Source: Pseudomonadota bacterium (GTDB taxonomy: Bacteria > Myxococcota_A > UBA796 > SXON01). From it: a stretch of DNA of 64,000 nucleotides. The position numbers were made by a program, and so were the translations under genes. The DNA lies in contig JAUXTN010000246.1 of assembly GCA_030684355.1 (NCBI GenBank), forward strand, positions 5,272 to 69,271, written 5' to 3'. Positions 38,526 through 49,700 of the stretch are shown piece by piece (within the stretch, counting starts at the first letter, position 1; the number at the start of each line of letters is the position of its first letter). A model generated the notes under the pieces. That model did not search any database. It was not told the DNA's origin and was given only the letters and a program-made list of their open reading frames with translations.

Positions 38526-39500
38526 ATGCTGGGTCTGCTATTGATCGCGGGTTGTGTGGCGGAGTCGGACGCCCGGCTGCGCCGCCCGCCCCCGGCGCGC
38601 CCCGGGGGCGAGGAAGATTCCGCCGTGTTCGACACGGCCCCTGACGACAGCCACCTGGAGGAGACGGGAGACTCGAGCTCCGAGCTGGAGACCGGGGACT
38701 CCGGGGACGGGTCCGCGGTCGAGGCCTGCTACCTCGGACCTGGTCGGGACGGGTCGATTTGCCTCCCCGTGGTCGCCTACGACGTGAGTTGGGGAGAGGA
38801 CTACTACTATCCCGATCCCTACGAGGGTTCCGCCCAGTACCTGCCACCGGTCCGTTTCGTGGATCTGGATGACGCGGATCCAATGCTGGAAGTCGCGCCC
38901 AACTTCGCACTCGAAGAGTACATGGCTGCCTGGAAGGGACGCTGGGGCGTCCTCCAGCCGCATGTCGTCGAGCGGGTGCAGGATGTTCGCGACGAGGTCG
39001 GTGCCCCGGTGGCGGTCAACAGTGGGTATCGGAGCCCGGCCTACAACGCAGAGGTGGGGGGAGTGACCTACTCGCGACATCAGTACGGTGACGCCGCGGA
39101 CCTCGATGTGGAGGGGATGTCGGCGGACGAGCTTGCCGACATCTGCGCGGCCCACGGCGCTGACTACGTGGCCACCTACGAAACGGGCCATACCCACTGC
39201 GATTGGCGCGACCACCCCCTGGATCCCGCCTTTTATGACGTTTCGGCGGCACGGGCGGTGGCACGAGGGGCGCGGCCCCTCCACGCCGCCATCCTCGAAC
39301 GAGACGCGCGCGGGTGGACCGCGCCCGCCGACGGGTTCGACGAGGGAGAGCCGTTGCGGCGCTGGAGCGCGTTCGACAAGGACGGAAACGTCTTGGAAAC
39401 CATGGAGGGCCGCCGTTATTCGCCCCCACCCCGAGCCCATCGGATCCGCGTCGATGTCGGGCGTCAGGTCGTGCTCGAGGCCGAACTTGGGCCACTGTGA
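38526..39500 (+). CDS. Peptidase M15 (D-Ala-D-Ala carboxypeptidase-like) lipoprotein
   Basis: LIAGC; NSGYRSPAYN, SRHQYGDAAD, HTHCD. Confidence 0.8.
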   Translation: MLGLLLIAGCVAESDARLRRPPPARPGGEEDSAVFDTAPDDSHLEETGDSSSELETGDSGDGSAVEACYLGPGRDGSICLPVVAYDVSWGEDYYYPDPYEGSAQYLPPVRFVDLDDADPMLEVAPNFALEEYMAAWKGRWGVLQPHVVERVQDVRDEVGAPVAVNSGYRSPAYNAEVGGVTYSRHQYGDAADLDVEGMSADELADICAAHGADYVATYETGHTHCDWRDHPLDPAFYDVSAARAVARGARPLHAAILERDARGWTAPADGFDEGEPLRRWSAFDKDGNVLETMEGRRYSPPPRAHRIRVDVGRQVVLEAELGPL

Positions 39501-39806
39501 CTACGCGCGGGTGCGCATGACCGACCGCGCGGCCGACTTTTCCCAGCGACTCCCTGCGCGGTACACACGGTTCGACCCGGCGTCACCTGTAACATCAGTG
39601 GTCTTGGCTGTGATATCGTAGGTTACACGCCACAAAGAGCATGGCGCGAAACGCCACCCGACAGGGGCATTTCGCACACGAGCTGTTCGCTTTCATCCCA
39701 TGTAACGTGCGAACATCCATGTAACCCCAGCGATCACGCTCCATCTAAGCCGGCGTATACCCATGCCTTTCGTCCGAGCGCCCCCGGAAGCGGCGGACGG
39801 GCCGGG

Positions 39807-39821
39807 CGGCACGGTCCTTGC
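39807..39821 (+). promoter_or_regulatory. Sigma54 -24/-12 promoter
   Basis: CGGCACGGTCCTTGC, 30 bp before ATG 39851. Confidence 0.85.
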
Positions 39822-39850
39822 TTTCGGGTAGGTCACTCACAGAGGTTCGA

Positions 39851-40309
39851 ATGCTCTTCGCCTTTCTGCTCGCAGGCTGCACGGGTTCCAGCGTCCTCGG
39901 CGCACAAACCCTCGACCAGCTCGACACGGTCCAGGCCCTGCTCGACGCGCACACCGAGGCGGTGTCCGCGGCGACGTCCATGGACGACGTCACGACGCTG
40001 GAGGCCGACCACTCCACCGCCATGGGGGTCGCGATGGAGGACATGGGCGGCATGATGTCCGACATGATGGCCTGCGACATGGGCTCGATGATGGATTCGA
40101 TGGCCGACGCGGACTCGCACATGCAGGAGATGATGAGCGTCCCGGGCGCGCACGCGGGCGCCCACTCGGAGCACGGCACGATGGACGACTGCCGCGTCGA
40201 GGAGGATGACTACTCGGTCCGGATGGGCGATCACCTCGACGCGATGAAGGCGGACATGATGGGCTTCGACGCCGAGGCGTCCTGCTCGTCCGGCGGTGGG
40301 ATGATGTAG
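39851..40309 (+). CDS. Met/His-rich helical lipoprotein (candidate Cu/Ag binder)
   Basis: LLAGC lipobox; MEDMGGMMSDMMACDMGSMMDSM. Confidence 0.75.
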   Translation: MLFAFLLAGCTGSSVLGAQTLDQLDTVQALLDAHTEAVSAATSMDDVTTLEADHSTAMGVAMEDMGGMMSDMMACDMGSMMDSMADADSHMQEMMSVPGAHAGAHSEHGTMDDCRVEEDDYSVRMGDHLDAMKADMMGFDAEASCSSGGGMM

Positions 40310-40395
40310 CGGGAGCGGCGGGCACACTGTGACATCTCCAGCCACAGTGTCCGTTTGTCCACGAGCGCGCACGTAGAGGGGACCAGGAGGCGCGC

Positions 40396-41829
40396 GTGCT
40401 CAACCTCGTCGACGTCGGCCCCCGATCCCTCGAGAGCTACCGGGGAATCGCGCCGGAGGGCCTGATCGAGGCGCTCCGAGCCGCGGCGGCCCCGCTTCAG
40501 GGCGCGCGCGTGCTCCACGTGAACGCCACTCCGTACGGCGGCGGCGTGTCCGAGCTTCTCCGCTCCACCGTGCCGCTGCTCCGGGACCTCGGCTTGGTCG
40601 CGCACTGGCGCATCATCAGCGGGGACGAAGCGTTCTTCCGCGTGACCAAGGCCATGCACAACGGCCTCCAGGGCGCCACGCCCGACCTCATGCCAGACCA
40701 GCAGACGGCGTGGCTGGCGACCGCCGAGGCCAACGCCCGGGCCTTCGAGGAGAGCTACGACTTCGTGTTCGTGCACGACCCGCAGCCAGCGGGGCTCCTA
40801 TCGCTCGGAGGCGCGGGAGGCGCCCGCTGGATCTGGCGATGCCACATCGACACGTCGCATCCCAACCCGTCGATTTGGAGTTTCCTGCGGCCCTACCTGG
40901 CCCCGTACGACGCGGCTGTATTCACGATGGCCGAATTCGTGCCCGCCGGGTTCCCGATCTCCCGGGTCGAGATCGTGCCGCCCGCGATCGACCCCTTGAG
41001 CCCGAAGAACCTTGCGCTTCCTCGTGCGACCGCTCGGCAGGTGCTCGATTGGATCGGCGTGCGCACCGACCGGCCCCTCATCACCCAGGTGTCGCGCTTC
41101 GACCCGTGGAAGGACCCGCTCGGCGTCATAGCGGCCTACCGCGCGGCCCGGCGGGAGGTGCCCGATCTCCAGCTGGCCCTCGTCGGCTCCATGGCGCTGG
41201 ACGACCCCGAAGGGGCGGAGATCTACCGGCAGATCCTGGACGAGACGGGCGGCGACCCCCTCGTGCACGTCTTCACCAACCTCGTCGGCGTCGGAAACAT
41301 CGAGGTCAACGCGTTCCAGATGCTCTCGGACGTCGTTGTGCAGAAGTCCATCCGCGAGGGGTTCGGGCTCGTCGTGTCGGAGACCCTCTGGAAGGGCACT
41401 CCCGTGGTCGCCGGCCGCGCCGGGGGCATCCCGCTCCAGATGGCGGACGGCGTCGGCGGGGTGCTGGTCGACAGCGTGGATGCGTGCGCCGAGGCGATCG
41501 TGGCACTCCTCCGCGACCCCGAGCGGGCGCGTGCGTTGGGCGCGGCCGGGCGGGAGCGGGTCCGCGAGCACTTCCTGACGCCCCGGCTGGTGCTGAACGA
41601 CCTGCGTCTGATGCAGGCCCTCCTCGACAAGCAACCGATCGTGCGGCCTCCCGATTGGGACGCGCACCGGGATCCCGTGTGCGGCATGGTCCTGGAGGGG
41701 GCGCCCGTCGTCACCCTCGTGGACGCCGGCCGGACGTGGGAGTTCTGCTCCCAACGCTGCCGCGCGGCGTTCGCCGATGACCCCGAGCTTTACGGGCGCC
41801 AGGCGCGGTTGGGGCTGGCTCCTGCCTGA
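40396..41829 (+). CDS. TreT-like GT4 glycosyltransferase with C-terminal YHS domain
   Basis: [40 protein letters not shown]; tail DPVCGM...[12 protein letters not shown]. Confidence 0.88.
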   Translation: MLNLVDVGPRSLESYRGIAPEGLIEALRAAAAPLQGARVLHVNATPYGGGVSELLRSTVPLLRDLGLVAHWRIISGDEAFFRVTKAMHNGLQGATPDLMPDQQTAWLATAEANARAFEESYDFVFVHDPQPAGLLSLGGAGGARWIWRCHIDTSHPNPSIWSFLRPYLAPYDAAVFTMAEFVPAGFPISRVEIVPPAIDPLSPKNLALPRATARQVLDWIGVRTDRPLITQVSRFDPWKDPLGVIAAYRAARREVPDLQLALVGSMALDDPEGAEIYRQILDETGGDPLVHVFTNLVGVGNIEVNAFQMLSDVVVQKSIREGFGLVVSETLWKGTPVVAGRAGGIPLQMADGVGGVLVDSVDACAEAIVALLRDPERARALGAAGRERVREHFLTPRLVLNDLRLMQALLDKQPIVRPPDWDAHRDPVCGMVLEGAPVVTLVDAGRTWEFCSQRCRAAFADDPELYGRQARLGLAPA

Positions 41830-41895
41830 ACATTCGCTGGCGGAGTCAGTGGGGAGCCAGTGGGGACCCCGCGCACCACCCGAGAGGACGATTCG

Positions 41896-42621
41896 ATGAA
41901 GACCACGACACTCGCGCTGCTTGGCCTGCTGCCCCTCCTGGCTTGTGCGCCGAAAGGCAGCCGGCCGCACGACTTGAGCGAGGCGCAACACGAGGCCGAA
42001 GCGGCGCGGCAGGAGAACGCCGCGGCCGCGCACGCCGAGGAGTACGACCCGACCGCGGAGGCCGCGGTGACGCGGTGCAATCCGTCATGGAGCGGGCACA
42101 GCTACCCGATCTGCTGGACCTCGGTGACCAATCCGACGCAGGAACATCTTCGTGCGGCGGAGCGGGCACGCAAGGCCGCGTCGGCTCACCGTGCCGCGTC
42201 CTCGGCGCTCGCCGCCGCCGAGGCACAGGCGTGCCGGGGCATCGCGCCGGACGACCGCGACATCAGCCCGTTCGACCACACTGCGGACATCGCAAGCGTG
42301 GAGAGCCACACGCTGAGCCGGGGCGGTAAGGGAGGCGTTTCCTCCCTGGTCGACGGGGCCACGATCACCTTCCTCGCGGTGCCCGGCCTGACCGCCGAGT
42401 GGCTCCAGCGTGTCGTCGACTGCCACCTTGCCCGCAACGCGGCGCTCGGCCACGATGTGCTCGAGATGCCCGACTGCCCCCTCGTCCCGAAAGGCGCGCA
42501 GGCCCAGGTGAAGTCGACGGGCAGCGGCTTCGCCGTCACCGTCACGTCCACCGAGCCGCACGCCGGCCCGGAGATCCTCTCGCGCGCCCGCCGGCTGGTG
42601 CCTTCGGCGGCGGCCCGGTAG
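41896..42621 (+). CDS. Conserved hypothetical lipoprotein (paralog of 57975..58697)
   Basis: LLAC lipobox; shared GLTAEWLQRVVDCH.ARNAA.GHD..EMP.CPLVPKGA. Confidence 0.8.
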   Translation: MKTTTLALLGLLPLLACAPKGSRPHDLSEAQHEAEAARQENAAAAHAEEYDPTAEAAVTRCNPSWSGHSYPICWTSVTNPTQEHLRAAERARKAASAHRAASSALAAAEAQACRGIAPDDRDISPFDHTADIASVESHTLSRGGKGGVSSLVDGATITFLAVPGLTAEWLQRVVDCHLARNAALGHDVLEMPDCPLVPKGAQAQVKSTGSGFAVTVTSTEPHAGPEILSRARRLVPSAAAR

Positions 42622-42868
42622 GCGCCCGATGTCCCGGGTGTCGAGCTCCACAAGCACCTGAGAAGGGCGGGACGAGCGAGTTCACGGGGAGGCTCCCGGA
42701 AGGATGAGTTCCACCGAGAGGTGCGCTTGCGAGAGGCGCGCCAAAGCAGGAACGAGCAGGCGGCGCGACTCCAAAGGGACGCCGACAGGGCCCGAGCCGG
42801 CCACCTGTGACGCTCGCCGCCACAGTTCCCTGCTCCTCGCGGGCGCCTACCTACGAGTGGAGGTCGAC

Positions 42869-43969
42869 ATGCCAACGGTCAAGGTTCGCGTTGCGGTCAA
42901 CGGTTACGGTGTCATCGGAAAGCGCGTGGCGGACGCCGTGGTTGCGCAGGACGACATGGAGCTGGTTGGCGTGGCGGACATCGCTCCCGACTACCGCCTG
43001 CGCGTGGCGGCCGAGCGGGGCTACCCGATCTTTGCCTCCGTCGAGGACCGGCGCGCTGCCTTGGAGGCCGCAGGCTTGCAAGTTTGTGGATCGTTCGACG
43101 ACCTGCTGGGGGCGGCCGACATCGTGGTGGATTGCACCCCCAAGAAGGTCGGAGCGAGCAACAAACCCCGATACGAGCAGGCGGGAGTGCGCGCGATCTT
43201 TCAGGGAGGGGAAAGCCACGAGCTGGCGGGCTTCTCCTTCGTTGCGCAGGTGAACTACGCCGAAGCCATCGGACGGCCGTTCGCACGGGTGGTCTCTTGC
43301 AACACGACGGCTCTGTGCCGTGTGGTCCACGCATTCTCGAGCAGGGGTTGGAGCAGGCGAGCCCGCGCCGTGCTCATGCGGCGAGCCACTGATCCCTGGG
43401 AGAGCCACGTCAACGGGATGATCAACACCGCGATCCCGGAGACTAAGGTGCCAAGCCACCAGGGACCCGACGCGCAGACGGTCATCCCCGGGCTGGACAT
43501 CGTCACGATGGCAGGGTCGGGTCCCTACAACCTCAGCCACCTCCACTTTCTGATGGTGGAAACCACCCGTCCGGTCGGCCTGGACGAGCTGCGAGACGCC
43601 CTGTGGCAGGAGCCGCGTTTGGCGTTCGTCCGCGCAACGGACGGGCTCGGGGCTCTAAACTCGGTGATGGAGCTGATGCGGGACCTGCGCCGCCCACGCG
43701 GCGACATGTGGGAGGTCGCCATCTGGGAGGACTCCCTCGCGAGCGACGGCCGGGAGCTGTACCTCACCATGCAGGTCCACAACGAGTCCATTGTCATCCC
43801 CGAGAGCATCGACGCCATTCGAGCACTGACCGGAATCGAACATGACAGCGGCCGGTCGATGGAGAAGACCGACGCCTCGCTTGGCATCGTCAAATCGTTC
43901 TTGCCGACCACCAGCCCCGCGCCGACTGCCCTGCCGGCGCCCGGACGCGAGAAGGTAGAGGCAAAGTAG
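42869..43969 (+). CDS. Type II (archaeal-type) glyceraldehyde-3-phosphate dehydrogenase
   Basis: VAVNGYGVIGKRVADAV, IFQGGE, RVVSCNTT, PSHQGPD, HNESIVIPESIDAIRA. Confidence 0.92.
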   Translation: MPTVKVRVAVNGYGVIGKRVADAVVAQDDMELVGVADIAPDYRLRVAAERGYPIFASVEDRRAALEAAGLQVCGSFDDLLGAADIVVDCTPKKVGASNKPRYEQAGVRAIFQGGESHELAGFSFVAQVNYAEAIGRPFARVVSCNTTALCRVVHAFSSRGWSRRARAVLMRRATDPWESHVNGMINTAIPETKVPSHQGPDAQTVIPGLDIVTMAGSGPYNLSHLHFLMVETTRPVGLDELRDALWQEPRLAFVRATDGLGALNSVMELMRDLRRPRGDMWEVAIWEDSLASDGRELYLTMQVHNESIVIPESIDAIRALTGIEHDSGRSMEKTDASLGIVKSFLPTTSPAPTALPAPGREKVEAK

Positions 43970-44189
43970 CGGCGGGAAGGCGCCGTCGCCTGCAGGCACT
44001 CGACGCAGGTGGGGCCTGGCTCCCGCCATACCGCGTGGTCGGATCCCCGCGTCGCATCCACTGTGACCATGAAGGCCACAGTGAAACCCGCGGAGTCGCT
44101 GGGTTGTCCCGCCCGATTGCGTGTGTATGAGCACACAGCCACGCGACGACGACGCCCCCTCGTCGTCGTTCGTCCGCCGCTCCTGACGG

Positions 44190-44204
44190 TGGCACACCGA
44201 TTGC
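44190..44204 (+). promoter_or_regulatory. Sigma54 -24/-12 promoter of the cusCBA-like operon
   Basis: TGGCACACCGATTGC. Confidence 0.8.
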
Positions 44205-44217
44205 CTGGAAACGACTC

Positions 44218-45636
44218 ATGGTGTTGTTCGCCCTCGTCGCCCGCGCCCTGGCGGAGGCCCCCGCGGACCTCGAGGGGCTCGTCGGCCTCGCGCTGGAACG
44301 TGATCCGGAGGCGGCCGCGGCCGAGCTCGACGCCCGTGCCGCCGCGGAAGACGCGCGGGCCGCCGGGCGCCCGATGAACCCGATGTTGATGGTGGGTGGC
44401 GACTCTCTCGGCGCGATGCCCGAGGATCCGGACCCGACGATGTACATGGTCGGCGTCGAGCAGATGCTGCGTGGGTGGGGTGAGGCCCGCGCTTCGGCGG
44501 ATCGCGCCCGCGTGGACGTGACGCGCGCCGAGGCCGACCGCGCCCGCGTCGCCGCTGACCTGCGCCTCCGGCTCTCCCAGGCGGCCGCGCGGATTCGTGC
44601 GTTCCAGGCGGAGCGCGCGTTGTTGGACGAGCAGATCCGCGCGGCGGAGACCCTCTGGCAGGCCGGCGTGCGGCGCTGGGGCGCGGGTGCGGGACGCCCG
44701 GGGATGGGCGGCATGGGCGCGTCCGGGATGGACGAAGGCATGGAGGCCGGTCCCTCCTCCACACCTCCGGCGGTGAAAGGCGGGGGCGGCGGAGGGATGG
44801 GGATGCCCGGTATGGGCGGCGGAGCGGGGGGCGGTGGCCGCGTCCAGGCGCCGGCGGGCGGAATGGAGGGCGACACGGGGATGGGGGGCGGCGGGACCGG
44901 CGGCATGGACCCTGGCGCCGGCGGCATGGGGGGTGGGTCCACCCTGCCCGATCTGTTGCGGGTGGAGGCCGAGGTGGCGCGGCTTCGCGCGGATCGGGTA
45001 GCGCTCGATGCGCGGCTCGTCGGGGAGACCGCGGTCCTCACCCGCTTCGTCGGCGACGAGGCGGCGGCCGCCGTGCACGCGGTACCCGAGGCCTACCTGG
45101 AGGTGCCGTCCTCGACGCCCAGCCGCCCACCCGAGATCGATCTCGCCTCCGCCGACCGAGCCGCCGCCGAGGCGGACCTCCGTGTCGCGCGAACGCGGCT
45201 TGCCCCGGACGTGGAGCTGGGTGCCAGCGTCGGCATCATGCCCGACGGGATGGTGCAGGGCGTGAACGTGATGGTCGGCGTGGAGATGCCGCTCTGGGGC
45301 GCGAACGCCCGCTCGCGGGACGCCGCCTCGGCACGCGTGGAGGCCGCCACCCGGCGCGCGGACACCATCGACCGCGACCTCGCTGCGGCGACGGACGCAG
45401 CTCGGGCGGCCGAGGCTGCGGCGACCGCGCGATCCGGTGTGCTTCGGGACGTCGCGGTGCCGCGCGCGGAGTCGGCATGGAAGGCCGCGCTCGCGAGGTA
45501 CGCCGCGGGGCAGACCGGTGTGGAGGAGGCCCTCCGCGCCTGGGAGGGGCTCCTGGCCGCGCAGCGCGACCTGGTGGCAGCCGAGCGGGATCAGGCGTTG
45601 CGGGCGGCCGAACGTGCGCGCGTGGAGGTTCGATGA
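44218..45636 (+). CDS. TolC-family protein with Met/Gly-rich insertion
   Basis: MNPMLM, EMPLWG, ARYAAGQT; GMGGMG-rich segment of about 80 aa. Confidence 0.82.
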   Translation: MVLFALVARALAEAPADLEGLVGLALERDPEAAAAELDARAAAEDARAAGRPMNPMLMVGGDSLGAMPEDPDPTMYMVGVEQMLRGWGEARASADRARVDVTRAEADRARVAADLRLRLSQAAARIRAFQAERALLDEQIRAAETLWQAGVRRWGAGAGRPGMGGMGASGMDEGMEAGPSSTPPAVKGGGGGGMGMPGMGGGAGGGGRVQAPAGGMEGDTGMGGGGTGGMDPGAGGMGGGSTLPDLLRVEAEVARLRADRVALDARLVGETAVLTRFVGDEAAAAVHAVPEAYLEVPSSTPSRPPEIDLASADRAAAEADLRVARTRLAPDVELGASVGIMPDGMVQGVNVMVGVEMPLWGANARSRDAASARVEAATRRADTIDRDLAAATDAARAAEAAATARSGVLRDVAVPRAESAWKAALARYAAGQTGVEEALRAWEGLLAAQRDLVAAERDQALRAAERARVEVR

Positions 45637-46787
45637 AGACGCTCCCCTGGGTGAGCCTGCTGCTGGCGGCCGCGTGCGCCCGGAACGATCCGCATGCCGG
45701 GCATGCCGAAGCTCCCGCGAGATCCCCCGCCGCGGCCCCCGCTTCTGCTCCGACGGACGAACATGCCGGCCATACAAAGCCCGTGGCTCGGGCGCCCCCC
45801 GCCGACGAACACGCGGGCCACACGATGCCCGCCGCGCCGGGAGCCCCCGCCCCCGATGCAGACATGGCCATGCCCGTGACCGTCAGCCCCGCCGCTGCTG
45901 CCGCGATCGGCGTCCGCACCGTCCCCGCCCGCGCCGGTGCAGCCGCGACGCGGCACCGCGCCCCCGCCTCCGCCACCTTCGACCCCTCGCGCACCCGCCG
46001 CGTCACCGTCACCGCGGGTGGCCAGCTCCGAGAGGAGCGCGTCCCCCGCGTCGGTGAGGCTGTCCGTGCGGGCCAGGTGCTCGCTCGGATCTGGCTCCCG
46101 GAGGTGCGCGCGGCCTTCGAGGAGCAGAACGTCGCCCGTCCGCTCGGCGAGCCGTGGGCCAGCGCAGCTCGGTCCCGCCTCCTCGCGTTGGGCGTGCCCG
46201 CCGCGGACATCGACGCCGCTGGCGACACCGTGCCCGACACCTGGACCGTTCGCGCGCCGGTGTCCGGCATCGTCGTCTCCCGACCCGCTCGAGAGGGCAG
46301 TTGGCTCGGGGCGGGCGGGCTCGTCGCCGAAATCGCCTCGACCGACGCGCGCGTGGTGGAGATGGTCACCGTCGTCCCTCCTCCCGTCGGCACGAACGTG
46401 ACGCTCACGGACGGGTCGAACACCTGGGAGGCCACCGTCTCCGAGATCCTCCCCACCGCGGGACCGGCCGGGCGCAGCGTCCGGCTCCTCCCCAAGGGCG
46501 ACATCGGCGTGGGTCGTCCGCTCACCGCAACCTGGAACGGAGGCGAAACCGAGGGCGTCTGGGTGCCTCGAGGCGCTGTGGTCGACACGGGGACCCGGCA
46601 GCTCGTCTTCGTCGCAGGCGCGGACGGCTACACGCCGCGCCCCGTCTCGCTCGGCGTGCGGACCGCCGACGAGGTGCAGGTGACAACGGGCCTCGCGCCC
46701 GGCGAGCAGGTCGTGGCCGCCGGCACGTTCCTGTTCGACTCCGAGACGCAGATGCAGGGCGGCGGGCACGCCGGGCACGGAGGCTGA
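45633..46787 (+). CDS. cusB: CusB-like RND periplasmic adaptor
   Basis: Three HAGH repeats, VRAPVSG, AVVDTG, GLAPGEQVV..GTFLFDSE. Confidence 0.85.
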   Translation: MKTLPWVSLLLAAACARNDPHAGHAEAPARSPAAAPASAPTDEHAGHTKPVARAPPADEHAGHTMPAAPGAPAPDADMAMPVTVSPAAAAAIGVRTVPARAGAAATRHRAPASATFDPSRTRRVTVTAGGQLREERVPRVGEAVRAGQVLARIWLPEVRAAFEEQNVARPLGEPWASAARSRLLALGVPAADIDAAGDTVPDTWTVRAPVSGIVVSRPAREGSWLGAGGLVAEIASTDARVVEMVTVVPPPVGTNVTLTDGSNTWEATVSEILPTAGPAGRSVRLLPKGDIGVGRPLTATWNGGETEGVWVPRGAVVDTGTRQLVFVAGADGYTPRPVSLGVRTADEVQVTTGLAPGEQVVAAGTFLFDSETQMQGGGHAGHGG

Positions 46788-49700
46788 ATGCTGGCCCGCA
46801 TCATCGACTGGAGCGGACGGAACCGCTTCCTCGTGATCCTCGCCTCGCTCCTCGCGACCGGCGCCGGCCTGCTGGCCGCGCTCCGGAGCCCGATCGACGC
46901 CATCCCCGACCTGTCCGATCCGCAGGTCATCGTGTTCTCCGAGTGGATGGGCCGCTCGCCGCAGCTCGTCGAGGACCAGGTCACCTACCCGCTCGTGACG
47001 GGGCTCCAGGCGCTCCCCGGCGTCAAGGCCGTCCGCGGCTTCACGATGTTCGGCATGTCGTTCACGTACGTGCTGCTCCAGGAGGGCGTGGATCCCTACT
47101 GGGCGCGGACGCGCGTGAGCGAGCGGCTGGACGTGCTGAAGCCCCGCCTCCCCCCCGACGTGGAGGTCTCCCTCGGGCCCGACGCCTCCGCCGTCGGCTG
47201 GGTGTACCAGTACGTCCTCGTCGACCGGACGGGGAAGCTCTCCGTGGCGGACCTGCGTACGCTGCAGGACTGGACCCTCCGGTTCGCGCTGGAGGGCGTC
47301 GACGGCGTCGCGGAGGTCGCGACGCTGGGCGGCTTCGAGAAGCAGTACCAGGCGGTCCTCGACCCCGAGCGCATGCGGGCCGCGGGCATCACCACGAGCG
47401 ACGTCACCTCGGCGCTCGCACGGAACAACCGCGACGTCGGCGGCCGCGTGATCGAGGAGGCCGGCCGCGAGCTCTACGTGCAGGGACGAGGCCTCGTCGG
47501 GGACCTCGCCGACCTCGACCGCGTTCACGTCGGGCTGGACCCACGGGGCACCCCCGTCGCGCTCGGCAGCGTGGCCAGCGTGGAGATCGGGCCCGACATC
47601 CGCCGGGGGATCGCGGACCTCGACGGCAAGGGCGAGGCCGTCGGCGGGCTGGTCGTCGCGCGGCAGGGGGAGAACGCGCTCGCCGTCATCGACGCGGTCA
47701 AGGCGCGGCTCGCAGAGGTTCCACTCCCCGACGGCGTGGAGATCGTCCCCGTCTACGACCGCTCCGACCTCATCCGGGGCTCCGTCGCGACGCTGTTCGA
47801 GTCTATCGGCGAGGAGATCCTGATCATCGCCCTCCTCCTCGGCGTCTTCCTCCTCCACGCCCGCTCGGTGCTCGTCCCGATCCTCGTCCTCCCGTGCGCC
47901 ATCGCCGTCGCGTTCATCCCCATGTACTTCATGGGGTTGACCATCAACATCATGTCGCTCGCAGGCATCATCATCGCGATCGGCGACATGGTCGACGCGG
48001 TCGTGCTGCTCGTCGAGAACGCGGCGCGCCGCATCGAGGACCACCCGGAGGAGGACCGCACCGAGGTCGTCCTCGCGGCCTCCAAGGAGCTCGGCGGGCC
48101 GCTCGTCTCCTCGCTTCTCCTCATCGCGGTCAGCTTCCTGCCCATCTTCGCGCTCGAGGCGCAGGAGGGGCGGCTGTTCACGCCGCTGGCGTGGACCAAG
48201 ACCTTCGCCATGCTCGCCGCGGCGCTGTTCACCCTCACGCTCGCCCCGGCCCTCGCCGTGACGCTCCTTCGCGGTAAAATGCCGCGCGAGGCCGCCAACC
48301 CGGTGAATCGCGCGCTGCGGGCGCTCTACCGGCCGATCGTCGGCCTCGCGACCCGCCACCCCTGGCCCTTCATCGCGATCGCGGCAATCGCCACGGCGAT
48401 CACCGTCCCCGTCTACAACGGGCTCGGCCGCGAGTTCATGCCGCCGTTGTACGAGGGCTCGCTCCTCTACATGCCGATCACCGTGCCCGGCATCTCCGCG
48501 GAGCAGGCCCGCACGCTCTTGCAGGCCCAGGATGCCTTCCTGGTGAGCATCCCGGAGGTCGAGCGCGTCATCGGCAAGGCGGGCCGCGCCGAGACCGCCA
48601 CGGACCCCGCACCGCTCTCGATGTTCGAGACGATCATCACGCTGAAGCCGCGCGACGAGTGGCGTCCCGGCGTCACGGTGGACGACATCATCGCCGAGAT
48701 GGAGGCCGGGATGGACTACCCCGGCGTCCAGAACGCCTTCACCATGCCGATCAAGGCACGCGTGGACATGCTCACGACGGGCATCCGCACGCCCGTCGGC
48801 GTGAAGGTGCTGGGCGACGATCTGCAGACCATCAACGACGCCGGCGAACGCATCGAGGCCGCCCTCCGCGAGGTGCAGGGCACGCGGAGCGTCTACGCCG
48901 AGCGCCAGCTCGCGGCGGTGTTCGTGGAGGTGGTCCCCCGCCGCGACGACGTGCTCCGCTACGGCGCCTCCACCGACGACGTGCTCGACGTCGTCGAGAT
49001 GGGCCTCGGGGGCATGCCCGTGGGGCGCATCTTCGACGGCCGGGAGCGCTACTCGCTCATCGCGCGCTTCGGCCGTGACTTCCGGGCCGACGAGGAGGGC
49101 ATCCGCAGCCTCCCGGTGTCGACGGCACTCGGCGTGGTGCCGCTCGGAACGCTCGCCGACGTGAACCGGGTGCCCGGTCCCGCGATGCTCATCGACGAAG
49201 GGGGGCGCCTCGCGGGGTACATCTACATCGACCCCGGCCAGCGCGACCTCGGCGGCTACGTGGACGAGGCCCGCAAGGTGGTCGAAGGCCTTGGCCTCGA
49301 CCCCTCGCTCCAGATCCAGTGGACCGGCCAGTACGAGTTCCTCGAGCGCGCCCAGGAGCGCCTCGCGATCATGGCGCCGATCACCATCGTGCTCGTGTTC
49401 TTGCTGGTCTACCTCTCCTTCCGGACCATCGGAGAGACGAGCATCGTGCTCCTCACGCTGCCCTTCTCCGTACTCGGCAGCATCTGGTTCCTCGCGGCGG
49501 CCGGCTACGACCTCTCGATCGCCTCCTGGGTCGCGATGATCGCGCTCATCGGGGTGGGGGCGGAGGTGGGGATGGTCCTCGCCGTGTACCTCGACCTCGG
49601 GGTGAAGCGGGCCTTGGAGAAGGGAGAGGTGCTCACCCCCGCGCGGCTCGCCGAGGTGGCCGCGGACAGTGCCGCCGGCCGCATGCGGGGCATGGTCCTC

